Positions 12,035 to 24,828 of a stretch of DNA of 64,000 bases are shown one piece after another; within the stretch, counting starts at the first letter, position 1, and each line of letters starts with the position of its first letter. Under the pieces are notes generated by a model, which saw nothing but the letters and a program-made list of their open reading frames with translations, had not been told where the DNA came from and ran no database searches. The translations under genes were made by a program, and so were the position numbers. This DNA is from Azolla caroliniana (Eukaryota > Plantae > Polypodiophyta), in the NCBI GenBank assembly GCA_043228905.1, contig JBHGNT010000001.1, positions 19,158,001 to 19,222,000 on the forward strand. The letters run 5' to 3'.

Positions 12035-13908
12035 CTAATTGAGCTTTTGTCGCTGTTTGACTACGAGGGCACGAAGTCGTTCCTCACGACTGTTGTACTT
12101 CGGTTGGACCACGATCGTCTCTTTTTTAGCTTCTTCATCCTGCAACTTCAGTTTCGCCGTGATTATTTCACACGACGTGTTGAGGGCGGGAACCCGTGCT
12201 TCCGCCTCTTGCGTGAAGTGGTTGAAACGTTTTAGGAGGCGGTTCGTGTGTTCGGCCACTTCCTTCCTACACTCCTCGCGTTGCCGTTCGAGTTCCAAAA
12301 TCACGTTTGTTTTATGTTGGTGAAGGGAGCCTGCCGGTTGGCATCACTCCTGCTCGGTTCGGTCCAATTTCTCTAGGAACTAACTAGAGCGTTCCTGCAA
12401 TTCTCTGATCTCCTTACTGAGAGGCAATTTAAACAACAACGATGTCCTGTATGGACTTAAGAGATGTTGCCACGTTGTGTTCGGCCTTCTATAGTTGGGT
12501 AGTCTGATTGTGGAGCAGTTTCTATTGTTCAGCTTCCCTTTTTTCAGCCTACTCCTTTATTTTCTCGACTTCTTGTCTGGCTTCCTCATGACGTTCTTTA
12601 GCCTTGTCAGCAACTACCTTGTGTAGGACAATGTCTTCTTCATAGTTGTGGATGGTCAAGCTCATATCTTCCTCGATTTGAGTGGACACCGTTGTTTGGT
12701 CGCCGGGCTGGTTGGGTCAGTTTGAGTGGCTATATCAACTAGTTCGATGTAATTTGCTAGTTCTGTTTGGGTCAAAGCTTCTTGTGGGTTGGGCGCGGGA
12801 GGAGGCAGAGTGAGTGTTGTGGTTTGACCCATTGCTTGGAGTTGTTGCTCGAGTTCGATTTTTTGGGTCTCGGAGGCCTTCCACAAGTCGGTGGCGGTCT
12901 TTGCTTGCTGTTGCGCTAATTCACAGTTGGCGGCCATGTCATTTGTCGCGTGCATTCTCGTATCCATTTCACGGCTAACATGGTGTTTGGGACGATGACC
13001 AACTGCCTATCTTTAGCCGTGCATTCCGTTGTTTGTTCGTCGATGTGGTGGTTGATTTGGCGGCGTTTCGCGGCCGGGCCCTTTGGAGTGGTACGTTCCT
13101 CACGACTTCTTTTCATCTGGGATCCTGATGATCGGAAAGTTTCCGAAGCAAGTTTCTCACTTTTTGTTTGTTTGGCTGGCCATGGGCTAGGGGTAGATCG
13201 GGGCGAAGTCACTTTGGGCGTAGGGGTGATGGGCCTATCGCAGCCGCGGATCGTAATGTTATCCATGTCTTCAGTGGTTTCCTCGGCTTGTGTTGAAATG
13301 GGAGTTGGGTTTGGTGTGTTGTCTTGCTAGTCCTCATGTGACAACTGCAGGGTGCGTTGTTGTTTGGCCTGAATGGTGGGAGCAGGATGCGCCAATGTTT
13401 GGCGTGGGTAGAGCACAATGATGTACTGTGCTAGTATTGGTAAGAACCTTTTTTCGGATTGGAAGCAGGCGATGGCAGCTTAGACTACTTCTCTGGCGAT
13501 GATCCCCCAATCGATGGCTCCGCCTTGGTAGGTCATAATGATCAGTCCCACCTTTTTCTTAGGCATATTGTAGAGGTTGGCTTGGACACAGGCTAACTCC
13601 AGGAGGATGTGGGCCAGGTTCCCAAAAAACCCGTTGGGTCCTCCATGGGTGTGGTGGGCTTTAGCCGAGACCGAATATTCGCCGAAATGTTGCTCCAAGA
13701 TGTGTTGGGGCGATGCGTCAATGTCGTGCTCCCCCCCTTACTGTAACCAAAGCGCCCAACGAATCATGTTCGTAATGGTGTCCGGGTGTAGTTTATTTGC
13801 TATGGCCTACGCTTTGGGGTGAGGTGTAGTTTCGAGAATGTTGAGATAACCTCCCAGGTCGTGCTTGGTGAGCCAACTGCAGAGCTCTTGTGATACTTCG
13901 ACCAACAT
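12035..13908 (-). pseudogene. Degenerate extra ORF of Gypsy B
   Basis: WLTKHDLGGYL...PH...HFGEYSVSAKAH...IDW...HW aligns with the extra ORFs of A and E; coiled-coil remnants downstream; TATATAAAAG on the minus strand at 14061-14070. Confidence 0.75.
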
Positions 13909-15580
13909 GTTGGATTTGGAAGAGGGTGAGCAAGAGAGTGCGCATGATGGAGATGGAGAGCGAGAAAGAGGTTGGTTGCAGAGAGGGTGTGAGCGAGAGA
14001 GACTATGAGGAGCGAGAGCTTGATTGTTTTTGCAAAAGCGCGCTCTGCATGTAGGTGCTCCTTTTATATAGGTGCCTTGATTCGTGAGACCTGCCCTTGT
14101 GCCCTAGATTTAGAATCTTCCTTGCCATACTAGAAGTTAAGGGCCATGCCTTTACTGAACCGTTTGTATTTTTCTCGTGTGGCGTTCCTCGTCTTTAAAT
14201 AGTGAGTGGGTGCTTCTTTTTTTTCCATAATCGTATGCACGTGTCAGTTAGGTAACAAATTACTGTGATTGGGGCATGGTGCTCTTGAATTCTTTGGTGT
14301 CACCTACAATGGTTTGGTCCTAGCCATGCTGTTGTTCAACGAAGGGGTTTGGTGGTATCGGGCCGCGGTACGGTTTCAATCGAAATTTATTGACCCAATT
14401 CTTTACTCCTTCCCCGGCTAGTGTATCGAGATGGAACATGCCGTTGTACGTGTGGATGATCCAAAAGGGGCCCATCCATCGGAAACGAAGTTTTCTTGGC
14501 ATTGTCTCGAGCCGTGTTTGAAACACTAGGACAAGTTGCCTGATTACAAATGATATTTCGGGATCACGACTATGTCGATCTACGAAAGCTTTTCGTCTCC
14601 ATTGGTCGTGTTCCAATTGGGCGAAATTGGCGATGCACTCTTCTCCAAGTTCGAGTAGTTGTTCCAATTTGGAACTCGATCTTCATCACGGCTTCCAAGC
14701 CAAACACCATTCCAAAGGGCATGGACCTGATGTTGGTCTTGAACGCAGTGCGGTAAGCCCACAGTGCGCTATGCAATTTGTCCGATGCTCATTCACAATT
14801 TTTTTGAGAATGGTCTGTAGGGTTTTATTTGTGGATTTGGCCAATTCGTTGGCTTGAGGATAGAATGGAGTGCTTTTCTTATGTACCACCGCATAATGAG
14901 AAGTTAAATCGTGAATAAGACAATTGACGAAGTGTCCTCCTTGATTGCTCTCCAGTTCCATTGGGCATCCAAAACGACACCACAAATAATCGTACACGAA
15001 TTTGGTTGTTGATGCGGTCGTGTTGTCGTAGAGTGCTTTCAATTCGACCCATTTTGTGTAATAATCGGTCGCCACGATGATATACTTGTTACATGTACGC
15101 ATTGTGGGTGGTTTGACTGACCCTACGAAATCCAATACCCATTTTTGGAAAGGTTCCAAAGGGAGGATTGGTTGGTGTGGCATTCAGCGGTTTGCCCATG
15201 CGCTGACAGTGATCACATTGTTTACAGAATTCGTGACCGTCTTTTATTGTAGTAGGCCACTATAATCCGCTTTACCAAATCCTTTGAGTTGTGGCCTCAC
15301 ATGCGTAGTGTTCGCCGACAATGTTGTGGTGTGCTTCGCGTAGAATGACATCTTGCTCAAATTGTCATACTGTGCGTCTCCAAATGCCGTTTGAGCTTTT
15401 ATGGTACAGAGTGCCCATAAACAGGCAAAAATTATGGCTTCGTACTGCCAATCGTTTCTTGGCAGATGTCTTCATGATCGGCAAGCAGGGTTGTAGTGTC
15501 AACGGTGAACAAGCTGGTGTTAGGTAAGTCAACATATTCCGCTTCGGTTGGTTCCCCGGATTCACGACGGCTAAGGTAAT

Positions 15581-16406
15581 TGTTGGGAATATGTCCCTCC
15601 AATGGGAGGAAGAACCGATTGATCGAAAAGCCGACAGTCAATGACAGGGAAGATCCGACTGTTCGGAAAGCTGATAGTCGAAGAGTCGAAAATAGTGAGT
15701 CGATTGTTTGAAGATTCGACTATTATTATTATAGTAATAATAATAATGATGATGTGTGGAAACAAGTCCCTCCAAATAGGAAAGAGAGAGGAGCCGAGTT
15801 GATGAGTGACTATACTTGTAAATAGTCTAAGTGTGCACCCCATGAGGGCTACGTATGTAAATAGCTAGAAAGTTGTGTAAGTATATATACAACTAGGGCA
15901 AACTCGGGAGACTACAATTGTAAATAGTCTAGATTCGGCCTCGGCCGAAACTGGAATCATGTACGTAGCCAACTCGGGAGACTATAATTGTAAATAGTCT
16001 AAATGTGCACCCCATGTGGGCTAGCTACGTAAATAGCCAGAAAAGTTGTGTAAGTATATATGCAACTAGGGCAAACTTTAACTGTGACGAACAGAGTTAG
16101 AACTGTAGAAGTAGAACGCGTGAGAGAGAGAGTGTGTGTGTGAGCCACACCATAGCTATGTGAGTAACAGCAGATGCAAAGAGCCTTGTGCGGCTGATAC
16201 CCCCGACAGAGTGTTGTATTCCTCTCGGTGTTTGTATATCCACTTTGTATAGCGAAGATTTTGTTCACCCGTGGTTTTCCCCGTTTTAGGGTTTCCACAT
16301 AAATCTTTGTGCATTCTTGTTTATCTTGTTTATCTTACATTTCTGTGATTCGTATTTTAACGCGTAGTTTGTTTATTGTGTTCTATTCCGCAACGATTTC
16401 TCAACA
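15581..16406 (+). mobile_element. Solo LTR (Copia-like)
   Basis: TGTTG...CAACA ends with exact GTAAT TSD; interrupts the ADYLS motif of Gypsy B; U5-like GTGGTTTTCCC...AGGGTTTCCAC motif; internal duplicated block. Confidence 0.88.
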
Positions 16407-16509
16407 GTAATCCGCTACCACATGTTGGACCCCTGGTCAATATTGGATGTCAAAGTTGATTTCTTGCACAAGGAGCACCCACTGTTGTCGTGAAGATTTC
16501 TGGCAATAG

Positions 16510-17201
16510 TGTGAAACCGGGGTGGAATAGGGCAAGTTGGTGGTGTGCAACATGTGCACATGCATAGTAGGAAAACGGTGTATAGAATAAAGGGGAGTAT
16601 TGATCCCACATTGTAACGTTCCTCCCTCCTTGGGCTATAAAAGGAAGGGAGGGGTCTCTTGTATGGGGTTGCCCATTTTGTGTTAGATGGTATACCGTTA
16701 GTTTAGGTTTAGGCAGTTTCTCTTATTTTCACTTCGTTCTAGGGTTTCATCTTGGTACTTCCCTCTCTTCTTCTTCTTCGTCGTGTGGGTGGAGAGTTCG
16801 TGTCTATTTTGGGTTTGCTTCTGCCCAACCTCCTATGCAAGATCCCGCTCGGCGCGACGAGCCCGAGAGCTCCCCGATCGCCGGCTTGGCAGCAGATTGC
16901 TGTTGTAACCTACCCTATCTCGGTCCGGCTCGAAGTTGGGGTTGTATCTTTCCCCCTGTAATATATATTGGTGCATATTGGTGTATTGGTAGTGTCGGGA
17001 ACATAACCCTTGTTCCCTGTGCATAAGAGTCAGTGTCTTGCGCATGCTCTCTCTCTCTCTCTTTTGTCTCTTTGTCTCTCTCTCTCATGTTCCGTTGCCT
17101 CCGGGATGTGTCTGGAGTCGGTTTCTTGGCACCCCTTTCTCCCTAGTCCGAGACCCCCGTGGTCCCGCCCCTTCTACACGCACGCGCGTAATAATGCGAC
17201 A
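16510..17201 (+). repeat. LTR-like insertion in the Gypsy B RNase H region
   Basis: Splits the LARW/TLL motif; TG..CA ends, CTATAAAAGG and CT-rich tracts; no clear TSD. Confidence 0.45.
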
Positions 17202-20200
17202 CCGTGCTAACCGACCGATCAACGCCTGTTTGGTAACTAGGTTCAAAAGTGCTGAATGATCCATGTGAAATGGGAATTTTCGATTGAGCAGGTAATGGTG
17301 AAATTTCGTAATATTGTCGGAATCCATGGTTATGCCATCACGACTGACGATGTGACCGAGCAAGACGTATTTCGCCGGATTTAAGCTGAGTCATGTCTAT
17401 TGGCATCATGTGAGGCACATGCGTAGATATTCGAGGTGCTTGATTTGTTGTCCACATACAGAAAAATCATCAAGGAAGACTTGAATGAACGTCGGGATAT
17501 AGTCCTCGAAAATTTCGGCAATTATGTGTTCGAATGTGGCTGGTGCCCTTTTCAACCCAAACATCATGACGACTGCGACGAACACTCCCCATTCGGTGAC
17601 GAAGGTTGTTTTCTCTTGGTTGTTAGGGTGCGTCCGGATCTGATTGTAGCCACTAAACCCATCTAAAAAGTTGCAGCATTTATGGCTTGCGACCGCATCC
17701 AGAACGACATCCATGAATGGCAGCGGAAATGCATCCGTGATCATGGCCGCGTTGAGTTTACGGTAGTTGACGCATACTCAGATTTGCCCATTCTTTTTCG
17801 GCAAAACTACAATAGGGCTTAACTAGGTTGCTCTATTGACTAGACAGATGAACCCCAACCGTAAAAGTTTGTCAATCTCTTCTTTTACCTTTGTGGCGTA
17901 ATTTGGATTCATTTGGTATTGCCGTTGTTGGATTGGTTGTGCATCCATTTGGAGGTGGATCTCATGTTGATAGTATTGGGGGTCCAACCCTCTCATATCA
18001 CTGTATGACCATGTGAATATGTCCTGATAGTCGGTAAGCAACCCCAGTAGAGTTGATCGTTCCTTGGGCACTAGATCCTTCGCAATTTTGACTGTCCATG
18101 GCTCGTTAGAGGACCCAAGATTGACTTCCTCTAATATCCGTGGCTTTGACAAGGTGAGAAATTGCCAATTCCTGATCCAGCGGGTCACGGGCGCATCCTA
18201 ACTCCTTCACGGCTTCGGGATTTGGTTCATGTGGAGCTTCTTGATCGGTCGTGCTTGTGTCGGCGATGTATGGATCCATGGCCATGAGAACATCTATTTC
18301 CAATAGAGGAATGATCATGGGGTGCTCGTCTAAAAAAGAATCCATCTTGTTGTCGGCGAAACCGTTGAGCATATGAACTCCAGCATACAACAGACTATTG
18401 TCATGGGGTGTTGTGATTCGTTCTTCCGTGACGATTCGTACTTTCATCTTTCCTTGGAGAAAAGAGATCATGTTGTGTTGCCAATGCTACTTTATATTAG
18501 TTGTGCGTAGCCACAACCGTCTTGACAACATCGGGTACGCTCTAGGGGCATCCAATCATAATACTACCGTGGACACTGTAAAGGTGTACCCTCCGAGGAT
18601 AAACTCAAGGTTTTGGATTAAACCTATCAGTTGAACTAATCGCATATCTGCCATGCGAAGACAAAACGGACACGACTCCCATTGCGTGAGACCCAGATTG
18701 TGACATGTCACCTCACTAATTACATGAACTCCTGAGCCTCCATCGATAATGCACCCATGGACCTTGTGGCCTTTAATGAAGATTTTTACCACTAGATTTT
18801 GGGAATCCATGAGTGGGGGTTTGGGTTCTGGCGCCATGAGATGTACGGAGGAGGTAGTCAGTTCTAGACCGGCAGTACAAGACTGGAGGGTTTCTTTGAA
18901 GCGTGACAACAGCCGCAATAGTTTATGTAGGGGCATGGAGATTTGCCAGGTGGTTAGGGCTTGCCAAAGTGTGGTCCGTGCATGCAGTCAAGGTCGAGGG
19001 TGGCGATGGCCTATGACTGCTCTCCTTCATTTCCATGTGCATCCGATCAACATTTGTTTGATTTACCGCTTCGGGTGGTAACCTGTTGAACATCAACCGC
19101 AATCATATTCACGGCTGGTGCTTTACCTCGATTGTTCGTCGGACATTGCGTAGTGTAATGGCCCAATTGATTATAGTTGAAGCAGGTTACAGTGGCGGAA
19201 TTGCTGGGCTCTCCTTGCTCGAATTGAGGTTGTGCTAGGTTGTGGGGTTGATCTTCCTGAGCCGACGGGGGATAGGACTCTAGAGGGTTGCCACGAGACT
19301 CAGTTTGGGGAGGCCGCCGATTATCATTACGCGGATTGTCGCGATGACGGTTGTCGAAGGGTCGTCGATTATTCCCCGAATGCAGCATGTTGTGATCATG
19401 AGGTGGAGACCGTCGATAGTGTTGTGGGTACCGAGGTTCGTGATAGTCTCCCCGATCGTAGTCATCACGGTAATAGGGGTCCTCTAGATAATAGCGCTCG
19501 TCATAGTAATAGTGTGACCGATGGTTATGGTATGGTGGCTCCCGATGATAGTGATCCGGTTCGGGGTGGTAGCCATCGTGGTGGTGAAGCAGCTCATCCT
19601 CCCAGGATCATTCAACGTCTCTGTTCCATGGTGGTCGACGCTTATCCTATTGCAAACGATCGGTGCGTGGCTCGATATGTTGTACCTGAACCGACTTCAT
19701 ATGATTGAGCATGTTGTACTCACATTGCTCAACCGTATGTGCTCTAGAATGGCAGATGGGGCAGTGTGGTCGTAGAAGGCAATCGATCGCCGAATGATCG
19801 GATTTGGCGCAAGCCGTGCATTGCAGTGCTTGCCGAAGTGGGTCTCTTTGGTTGTTGGCAAGACCGCTTGGAGCATACCCATGGAGAAGGAATTGTTATG
19901 ATGAGCCTTATCTAAAGCAAGAGCACGAGCGACCACTTGCTCAATAGTGTGTTGGGAAAAATCTGTGAGGGCCAATGTCCTGCTCAACGGCTCCTGGAGT
20001 CCAGCAAGGAGCATATCTTTTAAATGGCTGGCAAACACATCCTGTGCAAGTTGCCTGTAGAGGGCTTGGAATCGGATGGTAAACTAGGAAACCATTTCAT
20101 TAGGCCCTACGCAATGGTATAGAATTGGTGGAGCAGTTCACGCTTAAGCATCTCCCGGTGGAATAACTCCAGAAACTGTGTGTGGACGTCATGGAATGTC

Positions 20201-21269
20201 CCAAACTCCCCCGGATCGTGGTGAGAATACCACCATGCAGTGGGGCCGTCTAACGAAAGGGTAAATTCAGTGATTTTTGAGGCGTCCACCTCCGCAACGG
20301 TGAGGCATTGTGTGGAATGATTGGCTTGCCACATGGAGAGAAAAGAGCGGATGTGAGATTTCGCATTGGAACCATCCGCATAGCGGTTATATGAGTGGTA
20401 TGGCATGGTGTTGAGATCTGACTCGTTCGGTAGGACTGGGAAAGGGTTGAACTCAGATTGTTGAGAGACTGTCGGCGGACTCGGAGGGGTGGCGAGTTTG
20501 GGGTCGGTAGTGATTGTGTATCGAGGATGATTGGTGTGGGTTGCACTTCCGAGGTTTCGGGTGATGAGTGCTAAGTGATCGCAGAGTCAACGGTATCTTC
20601 GGTTGGCTCGGCATGGTGGGAAGGGAGTTGAGAGCGGGTAAGGCGATTGGGTGTCGTACTGGCGACTGGGGCTCCACCGACGTTTGTTCGTTGTGATGCA
20701 CAACGTGAACCGAGCGTGCCAAATTGTGTTGTCTCCCTTTTCGGAAGTAACACCTTCGATTTCTTACCGAAATCGGACCAAGGCGGTTGTGGTACGAGGT
20801 GGACACAACAAAATACGTGTGGGATTGCTCTGCAACCCCTCTATGTAACGAATGTTTAGCGCACTCAACTGTAGACAAGATCATAATTCAAGAATTGATT
20901 ATTATATATTGATCTTAACACATAGTAGAGTATTGACCCAAAATTGTATATGTATTACGATTCCTAAAAAAACATAGTACATGGCTCATGGCCTGAATTA
21001 TGTATTAGAATATGCTATCTTAGCTAATAAGATCTTCTCTCCCCCTTTTCTTTGTTCTACTCCACATTTTTATAGTTCTTTTCCTTCTTCTTACTAAACG
21101 TGCTTCAGTTTTCCCTCATTCTCGGCTGCACGTATTTCGGCTGGATGTGTTCTTTGTTAACTTCCTGATTTCAGTTGCATTTACCTACTTCGCCTACCTT
21201 TGGATTCGTTTCATACTTAATTTACAAAATTGGCCCACGGACAACACCCGGATTAGTATCCGAATTGAA

Positions 21270-22038
21270 CACATCAGCAGTTTGCCAAATGAAAAATTCC
21301 CTTTACGGACTCAAGCAAGCCCCTCAAGCTTGGAATGCCAAAAGTATGCAACGTTTGTGTAAGATGGGGTTTGCATTGTCCAAGTCAGATTCTTCGTTAG
21401 TGTTTTGCTATAAGTGGAGAATTTAGTCATTGCCAGTGCGAACCTGGAAGAAATTAGTCCTGTAAAGTCTGTCTAGAGACATCATTTGAGATGAAGGATA
21501 TGGGGGACCTTCACTACGTTCTCGAGATCAAACTGATCTGCACCCTCGAAGGCATATTGATTAGTCAATGTCATTATGTGTTGAATATGTCATTAGTAAA
21601 TCCATCTTGACTCATTTTGACAATAATTTCATGCTTCGCCATGGATCCAGAACAGCATGTGACGTAACATGGTTCCGACAGATTTTCGGAAGCCTCATCT
21701 CCTTGACCATCACCCGGTTGGCTTGATTAGTCAATTTATGTCGCAATCAGCATCTGATCATCTTCAGTGCGTGGATCAAATCATGCGATATGTGAGCGAC
21801 ACGAAGGATTGTGGGTTGTTGTATCAGGCAGATGTAGCCAAGCAGTTGGTTGGCTACAAAATGTTGATTGGGTCGGAAGTGCAGGCGATTACCGATCTAC
21901 ATCTGGATATGCTTTCTTTTTTAGCAGTGTCGTGGTTCCGTGGTGCAACAAAAAGCAGTCGACAGTGGCACTATCAAGCCCTAAGGCCGAATACAGAGGA
22001 GTGGTTGTCACTACGTGCGAAACCATCTTGCTCAAGAG
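21270..22038 (+). pseudogene. Copia RT/RNase H remnant
   Basis: SLYGLKQAPQAW and RSTSGY...KKQSTVALSS.KAEY motifs with many disruptions. Confidence 0.85.
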
Positions 22039-22597
22039 TGTTGCCCGCCTTGGACGGCCAAGTGGGAAAGGTCGAGAAAAGAAAAGACAAAGGGATGGTT
22101 ACGGCAAGTGAAGAAGACGGGTGGGGCTGTAGCGTAATGAAGAGGGAGTAACAACCGTAGTGTAGGGACAATCAAAGCAGAATTAATAGTTTAAAGAAAA
22201 AGTAACGGTTAACGCACCAAGCGTAATCGACCATAACTCTATATATAAAGGGCATGGAAAACTTGTAATAGCGAGCGATAATTTTGTATTCAAACATCTA
22301 TAATATAGTTTCTCTTTGCCTGATGATATGTGTATCGTAACTCTTTGTATCTATTTCCGTGTTGAGTTCATTTACTGTGTTGAGTCATATACGTTGTTTA
22401 TTCTATTGTGTAAGGAGTCGGTTGTACCCATCTTCCCTAATCTCCACAATTTCCACCATTAAGTTAACACTTATGAGCTCATGGTAGAGTCACCCGTATC
22501 ATGATTACGACTTACTCTCCAATCCTAAACCACAATAACCTTGAATCGAATCCCAAAGGATTGAGGATTCGACACCGCGTCACCTTAACAGGTGACA
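22039..22597 (+). repeat. Probable LTR of another element
   Basis: Starts TGTTG where the Copia remnant breaks; CTATATATAAAG; followed by CTTTTGGCAC, a PBS-like sequence. Confidence 0.4.
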
Positions 22598-22739
22598 CTT
22601 TTGGCACAACTGGAGATCTGTGACCAACACAGCTGAACATCAAGGGATGGATGTCATCTAGCCGTAGAGGCAACAAAGAAAAAACCTGTTGTCGTGCCTT
22701 TTGGTGCCAGATTGTTGCATGAATCGGGTGAGAACTGTT

Positions 22740-23748
22740 GGCGTTTTGGACTAGGAGGAGGAAGAATTTGAGATGAGTCTAGTTATGAATAGATTATAAG
22801 AAAGAGAGATAGAAAACTTGTGATTCCCACAAGTATAATATATTTTATTAATCAATATTTAGATAAGAATATAAATTTAGATTGAAAAAGAAGGATATAG
22901 AAACCTCGTGAATCCCACGAGTATAGTTTAGCAATTGGTATTTTGAATCATATTCAATTTCCAAAGATTCCCCCTACTTACGTCTTACTCCCATCCTTAT
23001 ATAGTGATGGGAGAGGCTTAGCAATTCATGTTTTTTCTATGGACTCCATGCTTTTTCTATCTATAGACTATATGCTTTCTCTAACATGCTTCTTCTAAAA
23101 GTGATGATGGTTTTCCTAACCTCGTGCGTTTTTAATCAACTATCATGTGTGTAGCTTTTTTCTATCACGCGTTTTTCTTCTAACTAAAGTTTTTTCCCTA
23201 GAAAATATGCATGAAATAATGTTTCTATGTGGGATATCTACTTTTCTAACACTCAGGATGTGTTAGTATAATAATAAGGCTTCAAATTATTAACATGGAG
23301 GTACAAGGTTTGAATCTTGCCCTATGCATGTAATATATATTTTAATATTTTCTTCTTTTTCTTCATATTTATTCAATCAGGTATTTTATACGTTTTTCAT
23401 GTAGTGTACAAACTATACTACCACACTCACCCCCTCTGAACCCACACATCCTCGGTCTTGTTAATTCAATATGTGCCGAAGTTGTCGACACTTGTTATTC
23501 TCCTTCATTCGTAGTATCCTCGGTCTCTTCCCCTATGTCAATTATTTATTCTAGCCCACTTTCTTTGCTTTCCGCACCTCTGCAACTCTTGTCCGATTGC
23601 TCCTTTATATCGGTGTTGTCTAAGGTTACATAAGGTTCGACGTCACTTCACTTCTTGAAAATCTTCACTCATTTCCCCGCTATAGGTACCCGTAGTACTA
23701 TCACATCCAACTCACATAGTCGGTATGTTCCATTGTCGAATACCTTTT
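22740..23748 (-). mobile_element. 3' end of Gypsy C: integrase tail, PPT-like tract and LTR remnant
   Basis: Minus strand from 23748 reads KVFDNGTYRLCELD...IAGK*VKIFKK; purine tract near 23425-23436; LTR-like end at 23251. Confidence 0.7.
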
Positions 23749-24599
23749 TGTAGAAGAATGTGTGCGGAAGCTTAACAGATACAACCGGGTAACAACAGAC
23801 AAAAGACAAAGAGGATGAGGAAAGTTTAATGGAGAGCTTAATCAACACAACGTACGTAGGAGAGATAGAGAGAGAAAAACACAGAAAACTCTATTCCAAA
23901 ACAATACTCTAAAACTTTGTACATAGGATGTGGTCAGAGAGCACTTTTATACAAGTCCATATGGACTGACAGAAGTACTGACACGTACTTCAATGCTCAT
24001 CAATGAGCCTCAACACTAACTCCCAAAATATATTCCTCTAATGAATATCTGTCCAATGGCCTCCCGGTTTACACACCCTTACGGCCTCTCGTTGCGCACC
24101 CGGTTTATGTAAGGAATCACCGCTTGGATTCACCTTCACCACTCGGCCACAACCGAGTAATCGCGGATCAATGTAGCAGAAAATAGGAAATACAGAGAAA
24201 GACGCGATACACAGGGATTAACGTGGAAAACCCTATACGGGAAAAACCACGGGAGTGCGAGACTCCGAACCAAACTATGCACAGAGAAATATACAATGGC
24301 GGGCTGCAAGGCAACGACCTTGAGCTCGCTGTCCTCGCCACAGGCGGCGGAAGTACACAGAGGCGTCTACCTCTTCGTCTCTCTCGCGCTCTATCTCTCT
24401 CTCTCTCTCGGCTGCTCTCACTTCACTCCTCTTGAGTGGAAAAACAGAAAAATGATAAGCAACACTAAAACAGTTTGCCCTAAGTCATATTTATACACAT
24501 ATGACTTTCGGGCTATTTACAAATATAGCCTCAAGGGCTCTTGGCAAACATATTCACAAATATGTCCCCGCATCCAGATCTCTCTCCGGGTACATTCGT

Positions 24600-24756
24600 C
24601 ATCCGGCTCCGTAACCGGGGTCTTCATCATCCGGCTCCGTAGCCGGGGTCTTCATCATCCGGCTCCGTAGCCGGGGTCTTCATCATCCGGCTCCGTAGCC
24701 GGGGTCTTCATCATCCGGCTCCGTAGCCGGGGTCTTCATCATCCGGCTCCGTAACC
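24600..24756. repeat. 28-bp tandem repeat in LTR U3 (5 full units plus a partial)
   Basis: Unit CATCCGGCTCCGTAGCCGGGGTCTTCAT. Confidence 0.95.
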
Positions 24757-24828
24757 GCAACCGGGCTTGCCGTCATTTATCTCCGGACATCCCATCCGGA
24801 GGGACCGAAATCCTAACAAACTCCCCCT

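Larger units (their letters stand above)
11800..20880 (-). mobile_element. Old degenerate Gypsy element B, same lineage as A
   Basis: Fragmented gag (~19050-20406), IDGGSG protease, RT FLDD (17406-17744), integrase (14320-15565), extra ORF; PBS-like TGGCACGCTCGG at 20710-20721 next to an LTR end at 20727; outer boundaries approximate. Confidence 0.85.

Noticed and set aside
24600-24756. CRISPR-like array
   Set aside because: Units are contiguous with no unique spacers, sit inside LTRs, and no cas genes are present.
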